Assembly: GCA_964016885.1 (NCBI GenBank)
Contig: OZ024741.1
Coordinates: 208,816,001-208,880,000, forward strand
Direction: 5' to 3'
DNA length: 64,000 nucleotides
Origin: Eledone cirrhosa
Taxonomy: Eukaryota
How positions within the stretch are numbered: position 1 is the stretch's first letter; each line of letters starts with the position of its first letter. A program made the translations under genes and the position numbers. Shown here piece after piece: positions 63,509 to 64,000 of this stretch. Under the pieces are notes generated by a model that did not search any database, was not told the DNA's origin, and saw only the letters and a list, made by a program, of their open reading frames with translations.

Positions 63509-63604
63509 GACTGCCACAATTCACCACAATAATAACTAAAGGTTGTGCAAAGGCTTATCGTGGGAAGAGAATGTGAGTATTAAGGAGTAATAAAGACTAT
63601 TATA

Positions 63605-63750
63605 ACGGCTGTGTGGCAGAGTCATTAGAAGGTACGACAGAATGTCTTACGGTATTTTTTGTGGCTCTCTGAGCTCTGAATTCAAATATAACCGAGGTCA
63701 GCATTGCTTTTCATCATTTCAAAGTCGATAGTATAAAATCTTAGTACATT
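63605..63750 (+). mobile_element. Diverged SINE family 1 copy
   Basis: TGGCAGAGTC..., GAATTCAAAT...CCGAGGTCAGCATTGCTTTTCATCATTTC..GTCGATA. Confidence 0.6.
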
Positions 63751-64000
63751 GTGGTGGATTGCCGGAATGATTAGAGCAGTATTTATTCTGGCATTTGCGT
63801 TTTGGGTTCATATTGCACCTTTGCCCATTTGTGTGGGAAACTTGATCCATCGTCTGGTTTAACCTTACCGCCTGGTTCTTTGGGGCGTTTAGTGGAGTCC
63901 CCTCTATTGCAAGCATTCTAACCAAGTTTCCTGTTTGAGGATACAGTCTTTCCACGATCCGACCAGTCTCGGAAGCCGTTGCACTGACTTGTCTTCTCCG

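Noticed and set aside
63121-63576. 151-aa ORF with poly-E/poly-Q/poly-T
   Set aside because: Explained by (GAA)n(CAA)n repeats; no domain or exon evidence.

Overview
AT-rich, microsatellite-dense animal DNA with no recognisable host gene exon. The SINE types suggest a coleoid cephalopod such as Octopus (inference). The window is almost entirely mobile DNA, sorted by microsatellite type. (1) R4/Dong-like RLE non-LTR retrotransposons are stacked in (CATA)n (1-3480) and (TAA)n (~12960-16760). (2) An 18-kb head-to-tail array of four Tx1-like (L1 group) APE retrotransposons has each copy separated by (TATC)n (30866-49155); one ORF2 is intact at 1145 aa. (3) There are two decayed Penelope-like elements (PLEs; RT + GIY-YIG). 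(4) tRNA-derived SINEs and a Helitron are also present. The most striking signal is non-coding. About ten sequence-unrelated short elements sit next to (TA)n tracts, most of them fold-back palindromes or tandem repeats. By eye, each carries a type I hammerhead ribozyme motif, including U3-A8 core variants, U-U at 10.1/11.1 and very long stem II insertions. This looks like a diverse population of non-autonomous PLE/retrozyme-like elements. All folds were read manually and none has been tested. Most short ORFs in the track are microsatellite or antisense artefacts.
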